Positions 39,401 to 49,053 are shown, numbered from the stretch's first letter. The stretch is DNA of 64,000 nt from an uncultured Alphaproteobacteria bacterium (GCA_963777265.1 CAVZPY010000007.1:4245-68244), one strand, 5' to 3'. Program-made: numbers and translations. Notes: generated by a model from the letters alone, not told the origin.

Positions 39401-40405
39401 CTGGCGCCAGGCATCCCGGTCGATCTTTCGATCACCGCGCACCACGCCCGCCCTTTGGCGAGCGACCTGCTGACTGCCGATGTGGACGCGCAGCTTGCGG
39501 TGCGCGGGCAGGCGACGGGCGCGCTGTCGCTCGGCGGCCAGGTGCGTGTGCTGCGCGCGACGATCAATATCCCCGAGAAGCTGGGCGGCGCGGTGCCGAC
39601 GCTCGACGTGCGCTTCGTCGGTCAGAGGCCGCCGCCACCGCCCCGCCCGGCGCCGCCGATCGCGCTCGACCTCACGCTGATCGCACCGGGGCAGGTGTTC
39701 GTGCGCGGCCACGGGCTGGACGCCGAGTTGGGCGGAAGCCTGCATATCGGCGGCACCGCGGCCGCGCCGCAGATCAGCGGCGGCTTCACGCTGCGCTACG
39801 GCACCTTCAGCCTCGCCGGCACCACGCTCAATTTCGTCCGCGGGCGGATCACCTTCACCGGAACCGGGCTTGCGCACAAGATCGACCCGGCGCTGGATTT
39901 CCAGGCCGACAGCACCAGCGGCAACGTCACCGCCTCGATCATCGTTGGCGGCTATGCCGACAAGCCAACATTCAAGCTCACCTCGTCGCCGCAATTGCCG
40001 CAGGACGAGGTGCTGGCGCATCTGCTGTTCGGGCGGTCGGCGAAGGATCTCGGGCCGTTCCAGTATGCGCAGATCGCGCAGGCGCTGGCCTCGTTGAGCG
40101 GGGTGAACTCGGCGGTGGCCGATCCGCTGAGCTCGATCCGCAGCGGGCTGGGGCTGGATCGGCTGACGGTGAACGGCGGCACCTCCAATGGGGCCGGACC
40201 CGCCGTTGGACCTTCCGTCGAGGGCGGCAAGTATGTGGCACCGGGGGTGTTCGTCGGCGCCAAGCAGGGCACCGGCGGCAGCAACAGCGCTGGCACGCAG
40301 GCCGAGGTGCAGATCGACCTCTGGCGCGGGCTGAAACTGAACAGCACGGCGGGGTCGGGGCCGGGCGGGAACAGTGTCGGGTTAAGCTATGAGTTCAATT
40401 ATTGA
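36416..40405 (+). CDS. tamB: Translocation and assembly module inner-membrane protein TamB (DUF490)
   Basis: N-terminal TM anchor (ILWTVAVLVGLPVLLVAVVLI), a very long beta-rich body, and a DUF490-like C-terminus (…GGYADKPTFKLTSSPQLPQDEVLAHLLFGR…). 1-nt overlap with tamA. Confidence 0.88.
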   Translation: MRRAVRIILWTVAVLVGLPVLLVAVVLISANTGPGRVEVARLVGPLTGGLMVVRGVSGTFPTDLRLRHVEFRDARGTYAVAENARLAWSPRLLLSHELLVKQLTAEEVHVLRPRVSSGGSSFSLPMPVVVQRLAVNRLELAPAVAGTQAALAVSGHVTLDTLTTGSGAIAIRRLDAAGNYTIAGSIDAARIEATLHAREPAHGLVATTAGLPDLGALSADASLDGPRSALAARFSIVAGKLRAEGHGTVDLAGRSADLGIAASAPAMAPRPDLSWRAVALDAHVHGAFARPDASGQLRVFGLKAGGGAVGTVVADLSGNRGAVTVRAILDGLRLPGPHPDLLGAAPLLIQARARLDQPDRPVAVALAHPLLTMHGVARIGGALAATATLDLPHLAPFAAIGGIDLHGHTALTLEAETHDSATIATIDGRLALTGGLAPAPALIGPDATYHVAARLDGGRFDVTSLNVAGAKIALDAHGTDNGGKLDLAYAVRLPDLAVLAPSVNGDLAAKGTVRGRQTDLSVAADLSGNVGAPGVPRGPISATLSAQGLPGAPTGRITARGTLAGSPLAVDAALSRAADGTLHAAITRAAWKSADLSGAFALAKGARLPTGTAKLRMTRLADLAPFVGQPLAGTVQASADLTAQAATVSVQANGAGLPSGRVGRLDLQARITDPTTHPVVSARLTAAGIAAGAVGGSAKMSIDGPQDALGVTLSADLTGLAGAPARVSGAALVDATARRVTLRRLLANWHGEALRLLAPARITLAQGVAVDRLRIGVGSAVLDVAGRISPKLALTASARGVTPALVKPFAPTLAAAGMIDAIARLAGTPARPTGQVRLTATGLRLLTGAARGIPPASARATLALAGTTARLDARVDAGGSHLAIAGPVPLVAGAPLDLRTTGRIDLALTDPFLTPDGRRLRGVLTLDARAGGTLAAPQLTGTAHLAGGAFQDYGQGVHLTAITGTLVASGTNLRVASLTARAGPGTITVAGTIGVLAPGIPVDLSITAHHARPLASDLLTADVDAQLAVRGQATGALSLGGQVRVLRATINIPEKLGGAVPTLDVRFVGQRPPPPPRPAPPIALDLTLIAPGQVFVRGHGLDAELGGSLHIGGTAAAPQISGGFTLRYGTFSLAGTTLNFVRGRITFTGTGLAHKIDPALDFQADSTSGNVTASIIVGGYADKPTFKLTSSPQLPQDEVLAHLLFGRSAKDLGPFQYAQIAQALASLSGVNSAVADPLSSIRSGLGLDRLTVNGGTSNGAGPAVGPSVEGGKYVAPGVFVGAKQGTGGSNSAGTQAEVQIDLWRGLKLNSTAGSGPGGNSVGLSYEFNY

Positions 40406-40440
40406 GGGGCTGCGCTGGAAATGACCCGAACGGTGTGCAC

Positions 40441-40973
40441 TTACCGCCGCCCAAGATCGGACTGAGAGGACACTTTCGAGACTATCTCGCCTAATTTACT
40501 GGCCGGGGTCCAAATGGCAGCGTGCCAACCCGCCCGGGAAGCCGCTTGAACATTCACGGCAGAGTTGTCGATCAGCAACACCTCTTCCGGCCGCAGGCCG
40601 ACCCTAATTCCCACCTGGTGAAAATAGGCGGAGGTCGGCTTCCGGTGACCGATCGCGGCCGAGTAATGGCACCCGTCAACATGGGTCGCGAGCTTCAGTC
40701 CGTTCATGAGGTAATCCGCCCGTTCATGCTCCTGATTCGTCGCCAGATAGACCAGCATTCCTCGCGATCGGACCTCGACGACCTCCAGGAGCCGCTCGCG
40801 CAGACTGGCTTGGCCCGTCACGATCTGCTCCCAATGACGATCAAAAAACCGCTCCTGCAAGGTCGAGTAGTCTATCCCGAGGTCCGCATCGATTGCGCTT
40901 GCCCAATGCTGCCCGGAGGAGGTTTCCCGTTAACCAGAACACCATCCACGTCGAGCATGAGCGCCTTGAGCAT
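40441..40973 (-). pseudogene. HAD-superfamily hydrolase, frame broken once (~40885-40905)
   Basis: Motif I MLKALMLDVDGVLVNG is in one frame. …HWASAIDADLGIDYSTLQERFF…YLATNQE…LLIDNSAVNVQAA is in another. The span is 3n+2. Visibly lower G+C than its neighbours. Confidence 0.7.
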
Positions 40974-41162
40974 GCGGATACCTTCCGTCGATGAGGGTGG
41001 ACGCGAGCGGCTGGCCGCGTCCGTCTCGTGTCGTCGCGCACTCTCGACAAAGACCGTCTCGATTTGGTCCCTTGCCGTCCACATCGCCCCCGCCTGACCG
41101 GCTTCGCGCCGCTGGCTTTGCACGCTAACACTGCGTGCCGCGGCCAGGGAGAGGAGCGCGCC

Positions 41163-42599
41163 ATGAAGCCGTCACCGCGACGGAGCGGGGCACTTGCTGC
41201 CGCCCTCGGGCTGCTGCTGCTGGCCGCCACACCGGCGTGCGCCGACACCCACGAGCCGCCAACCGGGCTGGCACCGCTGGTGCGCAGCGTGCTGCCCTCG
41301 GTCGTCACCGTGCTGGCGAGCGGCACGGTGCAGGCGCCGCTCAACCAGAGCGGCGCCGAGCCGGCCACGACGACCGGCGCGGCGCGCGGGCAGGGGTTGG
41401 TCACGCGGCGGGTCAACAGCACCGGTTCGGGCTTCATCGTTGATCCCTCCGGCGTGGTCGTCACCAACAACCACGTGGTGGCCGGCGCCGACGTGATCGG
41501 CGTGACTCTCGGCGACGGCACGTTCGAGGTGGCGACGCTGCTCGGGCGCGACCCCGCAACCGACCTCGCAGTGCTCGCGATCACCGCCGGCCGGCCCTTG
41601 CCGGCGGTGCAGTGGGGCGACAGCAACAAGGTCGCGGTCGGTGACGAGGTGTTCGCGATCGGCGATCCGTTCGGCATCGGCAGGTCAGTGACCGCAGGCA
41701 TCGTGAGCGCCACCGGCCGCGACATCCAGGAAGGGCCGTTTGACAGCTTCATCCAGACCGATGCCGCCATCAATCGCGGCAACTCGGGCGGGCCGTTATT
41801 CGACATGAACGGCCATGTGATCGGCATCAACTCGGCGATCTACACGCCGTCTGGCGGCTCGGTCGGCATCAGCTTCGCGCTGCCCTCGGACATGGCCCGG
41901 CAGGTGATCGCCGAATTGCGGCTGCACGGCTATGTCGAGCGCGGCTGGCTGGGGGCGGGCGTGCAGACGGTTACCAGCCAGTTCGCCGAGAGCCTGGGGC
42001 TGCCGGCGGCGCGCGGCGCGATCATCGCCGGCATCGTGCCCGGCAGCCCGGCGGCGAAGGCCGCCCTGCACGACGGCGATGTGATCCTGCGCTATGGCGG
42101 GCATCCGGTGATCGACGCGCGCGGCTTTGCCCGGGCGGTGGCGATCACGCCGCTCGGGACGACCGAGCCGGTCTCGATCTGGCGCGACGGGCACGAGATC
42201 ACGCCAATGGTGACGATCGCGCCGCCGCCGGGTGGGGCCGCGATTCCGGCACCGATGCGGCCGATGCTGCCGAAGCTGCAGCCGACGACTGATGTCGGAC
42301 TGCGTTTCGCGCCGCTCGATCCGGCAACGCGGGCGGCCTGGGGGCTGCAAGGTGACCCGCGCGGGGTGCTGATTGCGGCGGTGTCGCCGGACAGCTTGGC
42401 CGCGACACGCGGGCTGGCGGCGGGTGACGTCGTGCTGGCAGTGCAGCAGCAACCAGTCTCCACGCCCGCCGAGGTGGAGGCGGGAATGGAGGCGACTCTG
42501 CGTGCAAAGCGGGTCTGGGTGCTGTTCCTGGTGCGCGGCCGGGCCGGGTTGAAATGGGTGGATGTGCCGCTGGTGCGGCCGGCAGACAGCCGCGGATAG
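41163..42599 (+). CDS. degP: DegP/HtrA-family periplasmic serine endoprotease (two PDZ domains)
   Basis: Signal peptide. Catalytic triad contexts TNNHVV, DLAVL, GNSGGPL. PDZ segments GAIIAGIVPGSPAA and GVLIAAVSPDSLAA. Confidence 0.92.
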   Translation: MKPSPRRSGALAAALGLLLLAATPACADTHEPPTGLAPLVRSVLPSVVTVLASGTVQAPLNQSGAEPATTTGAARGQGLVTRRVNSTGSGFIVDPSGVVVTNNHVVAGADVIGVTLGDGTFEVATLLGRDPATDLAVLAITAGRPLPAVQWGDSNKVAVGDEVFAIGDPFGIGRSVTAGIVSATGRDIQEGPFDSFIQTDAAINRGNSGGPLFDMNGHVIGINSAIYTPSGGSVGISFALPSDMARQVIAELRLHGYVERGWLGAGVQTVTSQFAESLGLPAARGAIIAGIVPGSPAAKAALHDGDVILRYGGHPVIDARGFARAVAITPLGTTEPVSIWRDGHEITPMVTIAPPPGGAAIPAPMRPMLPKLQPTTDVGLRFAPLDPATRAAWGLQGDPRGVLIAAVSPDSLAATRGLAAGDVVLAVQQQPVSTPAEVEAGMEATLRAKRVWVLFLVRGRAGLKWVDVPLVRPADSRG

Positions 42600-42641
42600 C
42601 GGGGCCGCCGACCGGCCGCGCCGATCCGGTGTCTCGAAGCG

Positions 42642-43990
42642 TCACAGCGGCTCATCATGCGAGACCCGCCAGTGGGCGCGGCCCTGGCGCTTGACCTCCT
42701 GCAACGCCAGCGCGGCGCGGCGCAGCAGCCCCTCTATCTCCTCGCCGAGGCCGGTGCGACGGGCGGCGAGGCCGATCGAGGCGGTCAGCCGCAGCCGTGG
42801 ATCCGGCGCCACTCCCCCGGTGCGCTCCGGCAGATGCAGGCGCAGTGCCTCGGCCCGCTCGGCGCCGGTGAAGCTGTCGGCACCATCCAGCCAGAGCGCG
42901 AACCTGTCGCCGTGCAGCCGGGCGACGAGGTCGGTCGGGCGCACCGTGTTGCGCAGCAGATCCGCTACCTCCACCAGCACCCGGTCGCCGATCGCGATTC
43001 CGAACCGCTCGTTGACCGCCTTGAACCCGTCGAGGTCGAGCAGCAGCAGTGTTGCCGGCAGCTCCTCCCGATCCAGCCGCTCGATGCGCTTGGTCGCGTC
43101 CTCGATGAAGGCACGACGGTCCAGCAGGCCGGTGAGTAGGTCAGTGCGCGCCTGCAACGCCAGCTGCCGCTGGACGGTGGCCTGCTCCAGCACGACGCGC
43201 ACCACGGCCGCGGCAGCGGCGGCCAGTTGCAAATCATCGGCGTCCCACGCAGCACCTCCGGGCGCGGCGCCACAGGACGAGCCCGACCCGTTCGCCGAAG
43301 CGCGTGTAGCTCGGACAGCCCAGCACCGGCCGCTGGTCAGGCGTGATGTCTGCCATCGGCTGGTTGGCCGCGCTGGTCAGCACCGCGGCTGCCGCCGCCC
43401 CGATGTCGGCCGCATCGCTGCCCGCCCGGTGTAAGACCGGCCCGGTTTCGGAGGAACGCAGCGTGTCGAGGATCGCCGCACCCTCGGCGCCGGTGGCATC
43501 GCACAGCAGGCCGAGCATTCCGCGCAGCATCTCCGGCGCCAGCACCTGCTCGCGCATCTGCGTCAGCATCCGATCGAGCAACTCGGCGCGGCGCAGGGCG
43601 CCCTGGCTCGCGGCGATCGGCGCCGACGACCCGTCCGCCGTCTCGGCCGCGACCGCGAGGCCGCGCGTGCCGCGCACCCGCCCGCCAGCATCCCGCAGCG
43701 GCCGGACGGTGATCTCGAGAGAGGCGACCGCGCCCCCGAAACGGCGCAGCCAGACGCGGCGGCGATGCACCGGGGCGATCGCCAGGAACGGGTCGAAACC
43801 GGCCGCCGGTGGCGGGGCGAGGAGCAGGTGCCCGGGCTGCCCCTGGAGCGTCGCTGCCGACCAGCCGAGGGCGGGATCGGGCGCCACCCAGACGAAGCGC
43901 CCCGCGGCATCGGTCTCGTAGGCAAGCTCTGCAACGGATCGCCGCCATCTCCCGCCAGCAATCGCTTTCTCCCATGCGGCCCTCCCACGC
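42642..43990 (-). pseudogene. PAS/GAF-like sensor + degenerate GGDEF domain protein, frame broken near 43235-43260; 5' end unresolved
   Basis: C-terminal part DLLTGLLDRRAF…LLLLDLDGFKAVNERFG…ARLHGDRFALW has HGDRF in place of GGDEF. The upstream sensor ORF (43234..43887) is in frame +1 relative to it. PAS-like AELAYETDAAGRFVWVAPDPALGW extends 5' of 43887. Confidence 0.7.
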
Positions 43991-44149
43991 CCATGTTGCC
44001 GCCGCGATGTGAAGCGGACGTAAAGCGCGGGGTATCGGGGTCGCTAATCGACCGCGCTGATCGGCCCCGCTGATCAGACCGGGCCGCGCGTTGACAGCTG
44101 CCGGGGTGCTGCGCATGGTCCGCCGCGATTCTGGCCCAGGAATGGCGAC

Positions 44150-44989
44150 ATGCCGAACCTCGCGCTGCGCGACCGCATCGAGGCGCTGTGGGAGCGTCGC
44201 GAGGCGCTGTCGGCGCGATCGGGCGACGACGCGCGTGCACCCGTCGAGGACGCACTCGACCTGCTCGACCGCGGCGCCGCACGGGTCGCCGAACCCGGGC
44301 CGGACGGCTGGGTGGTCAATGAATGGCTGAAGAAGGCGGTGCTGCTCTCGTTCCGCCTGACCGAATCCGCGCCGATGCCGGGGCCGGGCGGCGCGCCGGT
44401 CTATGACAAGGTGCCGATGAAGTTCGCGGGCTGGGGTGCCAACCGCTTCGCCGAGGCGGGGTTTCGCGCGGTTCCCGGCGCCGTCGTGCGGCGCTCGGCC
44501 CATGTGGCGCCGGGCGTGGTGCTGATGCCCTGCTTCGTCAATGTCGGCGCCTACGTCGGCGCCGGCACGATGATCGACACCTGGGCGACCGTCGGAAGCT
44601 GCGCGCAGGTCGGCCGCAACTGCCACATCAGCGGCGGCGTGGGCCTGGGCGGCGTCCTGGAGCCGTTGCAGGCGAACCCGGTCATCATCGAGGACGATTG
44701 CTTCATCGGTGCCCGCTCCGAGGTGGTCGAGGGCGTGATCGTCGAGCGCGGCAGCGTGCTCTCGATGGGCGTGTTTCTCTCCGCCACCACGCGCATCGTC
44801 GATCGCGCCAGCGGCGAGGTGATGTTCGGGCGCGTGCCGGCCTATTCCGTGGTGGTGCCGGGCAGCCTGCCCGGACGGCCACTGGCCGACGGCAGCCCCG
44901 GCCCGTCGCTCGCCTGCGCGGTGATCGTCAAGCGGGTGGACGAGCGGACGCGGGCCAAGACCTCGATCAACGAGCTGCTGCGCGATTGA
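44150..44989 (+). CDS. dapD: 2,3,4,5-tetrahydropyridine-2,6-dicarboxylate N-succinyltransferase
   Basis: Full-length DapD. Hexapeptide-repeat region (…[37 protein letters not shown]…) and C-terminal KTSINELLR. Confidence 0.95.
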   Translation: MPNLALRDRIEALWERREALSARSGDDARAPVEDALDLLDRGAARVAEPGPDGWVVNEWLKKAVLLSFRLTESAPMPGPGGAPVYDKVPMKFAGWGANRFAEAGFRAVPGAVVRRSAHVAPGVVLMPCFVNVGAYVGAGTMIDTWATVGSCAQVGRNCHISGGVGLGGVLEPLQANPVIIEDDCFIGARSEVVEGVIVERGSVLSMGVFLSATTRIVDRASGEVMFGRVPAYSVVVPGSLPGRPLADGSPGPSLACAVIVKRVDERTRAKTSINELLRD

Positions 44990-46126
44990 CCGATCCCGAT
45001 CCGCTGGAGCTGGCGCGCGCGCTGATCCGCCGCCCTTCGGTGACGCCCGAGGATGCGGGCGCGCAGGACGTGCTGGCCGCGGCGCTGGAGCGGCTTGGCT
45101 TCGCCGTCGAGCGGCTGCGGTTCGGGGCGACGGAGAACCTGTTCGCGCGGATCGGCATCGGTTCCCCGCATCTCTGCTTCGCCGGCCATACCGACGTCGT
45201 GCCGCCGGGTGACGCGCCCTGGAGCACCGATCCGTTCGGCGCCGAGGTGCGCGACGGCGTGCTGATCGGCCGCGGCGCCTGCGACATGAAGGGCGCGATC
45301 GCCGCCTTCGCCGCCGCCGTCGAGGCATACCTCGCCGCCGGCCCGCTCGTCGGCTCGATCAGCCTGCTGATCACCGGCGACGAGGAAGGCCCGGCCACTG
45401 ACGGCACGGTGCGGGTGCTGGAGTGGATGGCGGCGCACGCGCAGGTGCCGGATTTCTGTCTGGTCGGCGAACCGACCAACCCGGCGCGGCTCGGGGAGGT
45501 GGTGAAGGTCGGCCGGCGTGGCAGCCTCAATGCGCAGATCACGGTGCATGGCACGCAGGGCCACGTCGCCTATCCGCAGCGTGCCGACAACCCGGTGCAC
45601 CGGCTGGTGCGGGCACTGGCGGCGCTGATCGCGGAGCCACTGGATGCCGGGACCGCCTGATTTCGAGCCATCGAGCCTGCAGGTCACCAGCATCGATGTC
45701 GGCAATCCCGCGACCAACGTGATCCCCGCGGCGGCACGGGCGGCGCTGAACATCCGCTTCAACGAGCGCCACACCGGCGAGAGCCTGTCCGATCGGCTCC
45801 GCGCCGCCCTCGCCCGGCAGGCCGAACGTTTCGAGTGCGCGGTCGCGGTCAGCAGCGAGGCTTTCCTGACCGCCCCCGGCCCGCTGCTCGACCGGCTGTG
45901 CGGCGCGATCGCGCGGGCGAGCGGCATCGTCCCGCGTCGCGATACCGGCGGCGGCACCTCGGATGCGCGCTTCATCGCCCGCTATTGTCCGGTCGCGGAG
46001 TTCGGCCTGATCGGCGCCACCATGCACCAAGCCGACGAGCGGGTGCCGGTGGCCGAACTGCGGCAGCTCGCGCACATCTACCGCGCGATCCTCGCGGACA
46101 TGCTCGCGCCCGAGGTCGTGCAATGA
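44986..46126 (+). pseudogene. dapE: Succinyl-diaminopimelate desuccinylase, frame broken at ~45650-45660
   Basis: …[13 protein letters not shown]…GRGACDMKG…ITGDEEG…LDAGTA* is followed in frame +1 by DFEPSSLQVTSIDVGNPATNVIP…GGGTSDARF…. The span is 3n+1. TTG start overlaps the dapD stop. Confidence 0.88.
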
Positions 46127-46708
46127 CGCCGGCCACGCGGCGCGCGAGGCCGGGCGATATCGTGGCTGGGGTCGTGCTGCTGGCGCGCGGCCGCCGTGCC
46201 GGGCTGGCGCGCTTCGGCGCCACCGAGCAGAGCTTCCTCGCCAGCCTCGCACCGCTGATCGCGTTTCCGCTGGTGACGGGCTTGCTGGCGCTGGCGCAGG
46301 GTGGCGGGGCGGCGGCGCTGGCCGATTTGCTGGCGACGGTCTGCGCGCTGCTGGCGCCGCCGGTGATCTCGCACGCGCTGGCGCGGGCGTGGCGGCGCGA
46401 GGATGGCTGGCTGCGCTACGCGACCGCCTTCAACTGGTGCCAGTGGGCGATTCCGGTGATCGCGATGCTGGTGGTGCTGGGGATGGAGGCGCTGGTCGCG
46501 GCCGGGATGCCGGTGCCAGGGCGCGGCGGTAGTGGCGGCGCTGGCGCTCGGCGGCTACGCGCTGTGGCTGCACTGGTTCATCGCGCGGCACGGCCTGGCG
46601 CTCTCGGCGCTGCGGGCGGCCGCCTTGGTGGCGCTGGTCAATCTCGGCAGTGCCGCGCTGCTGCTCGGTCCGAGCCTGATCGCGCTGGCGCTGGAGCGGC
46701 GCGGATGA
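46123..46708 (+). pseudogene. Uncharacterised multi-TM membrane protein, paralogue 1, frame broken near 46515-46530
   Basis: ATGA overlap with dapE. …FNWCQWAIPVIAMLVVLG… continues in frame +1 as AVVAALALGGYALWLHWFIARHGL…LALERRG*. Alignable with the next gene. Confidence 0.55.
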
Positions 46709-47259
46709 GCGGGTTCGCGGGCGGGCTGTCGGGCGCACTGCTGCTGGCGCATGGGCGGGCCGAGGGGCTGGACCGGGTCGGTCCGGCCCCTCAGGACGCG
46801 GCACGCAGCTTCTGGGCCGGGGTGCTGTGCCTGCCCGCCTTCCTGTTCCTGCGCGTGCTCGACTGGGCGTGGCAGGGTGCGCCGCCGCATCCCGAGCACG
46901 CCATGGCGCTCCAGTTGCTGGCCTACATCGTTGGCTGGGCGGGCTTCGCGGTTGCCTCGCGCCCGCTGGTGGACGCGTTCGGCCGGATGCCGCGCTGGCC
47001 GCTGTTCATCGCAGTCTGGAACTGGTGCAACGTCGTCCAGTACCTGCTGCTGGCGGGCGCCGCGCTGCCACGGCTGCTCGGCGCCCCGGAGTGGCTGGAC
47101 GAGACCGTGGGGCTGGTCGCGATCGGCTGGGCAATCTGGCTCGAATGGTATGCGACCGGATTGGCGCTCGATCTCGGCCGGCTGCCGGCCGCAGCCCTGG
47201 TGGTGCTCGACCTCGGGATCGGGATCGGGCTGTCGGCGGTCACGGCGGGGCTCGCATGA
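46705..47259 (+). CDS. Uncharacterised multi-TM membrane protein, paralogue 2
   Basis: ATGA overlap with paralogue 1. Shared blocks VWNWCNVVQYLLLAG / FNWCQWAIPVIAML and IGWAIWLEWYATGLAL / LGGYALWLHWFIARHGLAL. Confidence 0.6.
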   Translation: MSGFAGGLSGALLLAHGRAEGLDRVGPAPQDAARSFWAGVLCLPAFLFLRVLDWAWQGAPPHPEHAMALQLLAYIVGWAGFAVASRPLVDAFGRMPRWPLFIAVWNWCNVVQYLLLAGAALPRLLGAPEWLDETVGLVAIGWAIWLEWYATGLALDLGRLPAAALVVLDLGIGIGLSAVTAGLA

Positions 47260-48010
47260 ACGGGTCGATCGGGTAGCGGACCGCGACCAACGTCAGCCCC
47301 TGGGCGGGCGCGGTCGGGCCGGCGCGCGCGCGGTCGCGGGCGGCGAGGGCGGCTGCGACATCCGCGATCTGCCAGCTTCCGTCCCCCACCAGTTTCAGCG
47401 TGCCGACCATGTTGCGCACCTGGTGATGCAGGAAGCTGCGCGCCTCGGCGACGATCTCGATGATCTCGCCCGCTTGCGTCACGTCGAGCCGGTCGAGCGT
47501 GCGCAGCGGGCTGTTCGCCTGGCAGGCGGCGGCGCGGAAGCTGGTGAAGTCGTGGCGGCCGAGCAGCGTCTCTGCCGCCGCCGCCATCGCCGCCGCATCG
47601 AGCGGGCGCGGCACGTGCCAGACCCGCCCCGCCAGCAGCGCCGGCCGCGCGCGGCGATTGAGGATGCGGTAGCGGTAGCGCCGGGCGAGGGCGGAGAAGC
47701 GCGCGTTCCAGCCGGGCGGCGCCGGGGCCGCGCGCAGCACCGCGACCGGGTGCGGCTTCATGTGGAAGTTGAGCGCCTCGCGCAGCGCCTCGGGCGAGAG
47801 CGGGCGGGCGAGGTCGAGCTGTGCCACCTGCCCCTCGGCATGGACGCCCGCATCGGTGCGCCCGGCGACCACGCTTGACACCCGTGCGCCGTCGCCGAGT
47901 GCCGCGGCGGCCCGCTCCAGCACGGATTGCACCGAAAGCCCGGAACCCTGCCGCTGCCAGCCGACGAACGGCGCGCCGTCGTACTCCAGCAGCAGCGCCC
48001 AGACCGTCAC
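47240..48010 (-). CDS. truA: tRNA pseudouridine(38-40) synthase TruA
   Basis: YDGAPFVGWQRQ, catalytic GRTDAGVHA, FLHHQVRNMVG. Confidence 0.94.
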   Translation of the reverse strand: MTVWALLLEYDGAPFVGWQRQGSGLSVQSVLERAAAALGDGARVSSVVAGRTDAGVHAEGQVAQLDLARPLSPEALREALNFHMKPHPVAVLRAAPAPPGWNARFSALARRYRYRILNRRARPALLAGRVWHVPRPLDAAAMAAAAETLLGRHDFTSFRAAACQANSPLRTLDRLDVTQAGEIIEIVAEARSFLHHQVRNMVGTLKLVGDGSWQIADVAAALAARDRARAGPTAPAQGLTLVAVRYPIDPFMRAPP

Positions 48011-49053
48011 GCGGTGCGGAACCGCACCCGCCCGTCGGCGTCGGTCTCGGCGGCGAGCGTGCCCTCTGCCCGCATGTGATTGACGTGCGCGAGCACCTCG
48101 CCGAAGGCGAAGCTGGTCTGGTGCGGGTCGAGCTCGCGCTGGAACACGATCGGAACCAGATCGGCGGCGGTCCGCGGTGCCGCGCGGCAGGCCTCGGCGA
48201 TGATGGCGCAGCGCTCGGCATGGTGGCGCACCAGTGCGTCGATGCGCGCGTGCAGGCCAAAGAACGGCAGGCCGTGGCCGGGCAGCACCAGGACCTCGGC
48301 CGGCACATCGCGGCGCAGCGCTGCGAGCGAGCGGAGATAGTTGCCGAGCGCATCCGCCTCCGGCTCCATCGCATGGACCGAGACGTTGGGCGAGATGCGC
48401 GCGATCACCTGATCGGCGGCGAAGAAGAGGTTGCCCGGCGCGTCCAGCAGCATCGCCTGCTCCAGCGCGTGCCCGCCGCCGGTCAGCACCGCGAGCGCGC
48501 GGCCGCCGAGCGTGAGCGCCTGCCCCGCCTGCAGCCGGCGATAGGTGGCGGGCACGCCGGTGGTGATGCGCAGATAGTGGTGGCCGCGGCCGAGCACCTG
48601 CTCGGCGATCGCGTCGGAAAGGCCGTGGCGGCGGTAGAACCGGCGGTAATTCTCGGCACCGAGGTCACCCGGCGCGTATTGCAGGCCGAAGCTGAACAGG
48701 TACTCGGCGCGGGGCATCAGCAGATCGAGGTCGAAGCGGTCGCACATCCAGCCGGCGAGGCCGACATGATCGGGATGGTAATGCGTCACGATGAGCCGCG
48801 TCAGGCGGGCGCCGGCGAGCGGTCCGGCAAGCACCGCCTGCCAGACCGCGCGGCACGCCTCGTCACCGATCCCGCAATCGAGCACCGCCCAGCCCGCGTC
48901 GTCGGCGATCAGGTAGATGTTGACGTGATCGAGCCGGAACGGCAGCGGCAGGCGCAGCCACAGCACGCCGGTCGCGATCTCCAGTGGCACCCCGAGGGCC
49001 GGCGGCGTCGGATGCGGGAAGGTCAGATCGGAATCGTCTGGCGAGTGCGGCAT
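48007..49053 (-). CDS. MBL-fold metallo-hydrolase
   Basis: HVNIYLIADD…VTHYHPDHVG (HxHxDH) and …GHG…. 4-nt overlap with the truA start. The alternative GTG start is at 49095. Confidence 0.85.
   Translation of the reverse strand: MPHSPDDSDLTFPHPTPPALGVPLEIATGVLWLRLPLPFRLDHVNIYLIADDAGWAVLDCGIGDEACRAVWQAVLAGPLAGARLTRLIVTHYHPDHVGLAGWMCDRFDLDLLMPRAEYLFSFGLQYAPGDLGAENYRRFYRRHGLSDAIAEQVLGRGHHYLRITTGVPATYRRLQAGQALTLGGRALAVLTGGGHALEQAMLLDAPGNLFFAADQVIARISPNVSVHAMEPEADALGNYLRSLAALRRDVPAEVLVLPGHGLPFFGLHARIDALVRHHAERCAIIAEACRAAPRTAADLVPIVFQRELDPHQTSFAFGEVLAHVNHMRAEGTLAAETDADGRVRFRTA

Noticed and set aside
43337-45328. 663-aa ORF on the minus strand
   Set aside because: It runs antisense across dapD and dapE, which are unambiguous. 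It is an extreme Arg/Pro/Ala composition artefact.
45835-47259. 474-aa ORF spanning the dapE 3' end and both membrane genes
   Set aside because: It is a chimeric read-through. Only 46123-~46520 and 46705-47259 are coding in this frame. The middle is the frame-shifted continuation of paralogue 1, whose true C-terminus and stop (46706-46708) are in frame +1.
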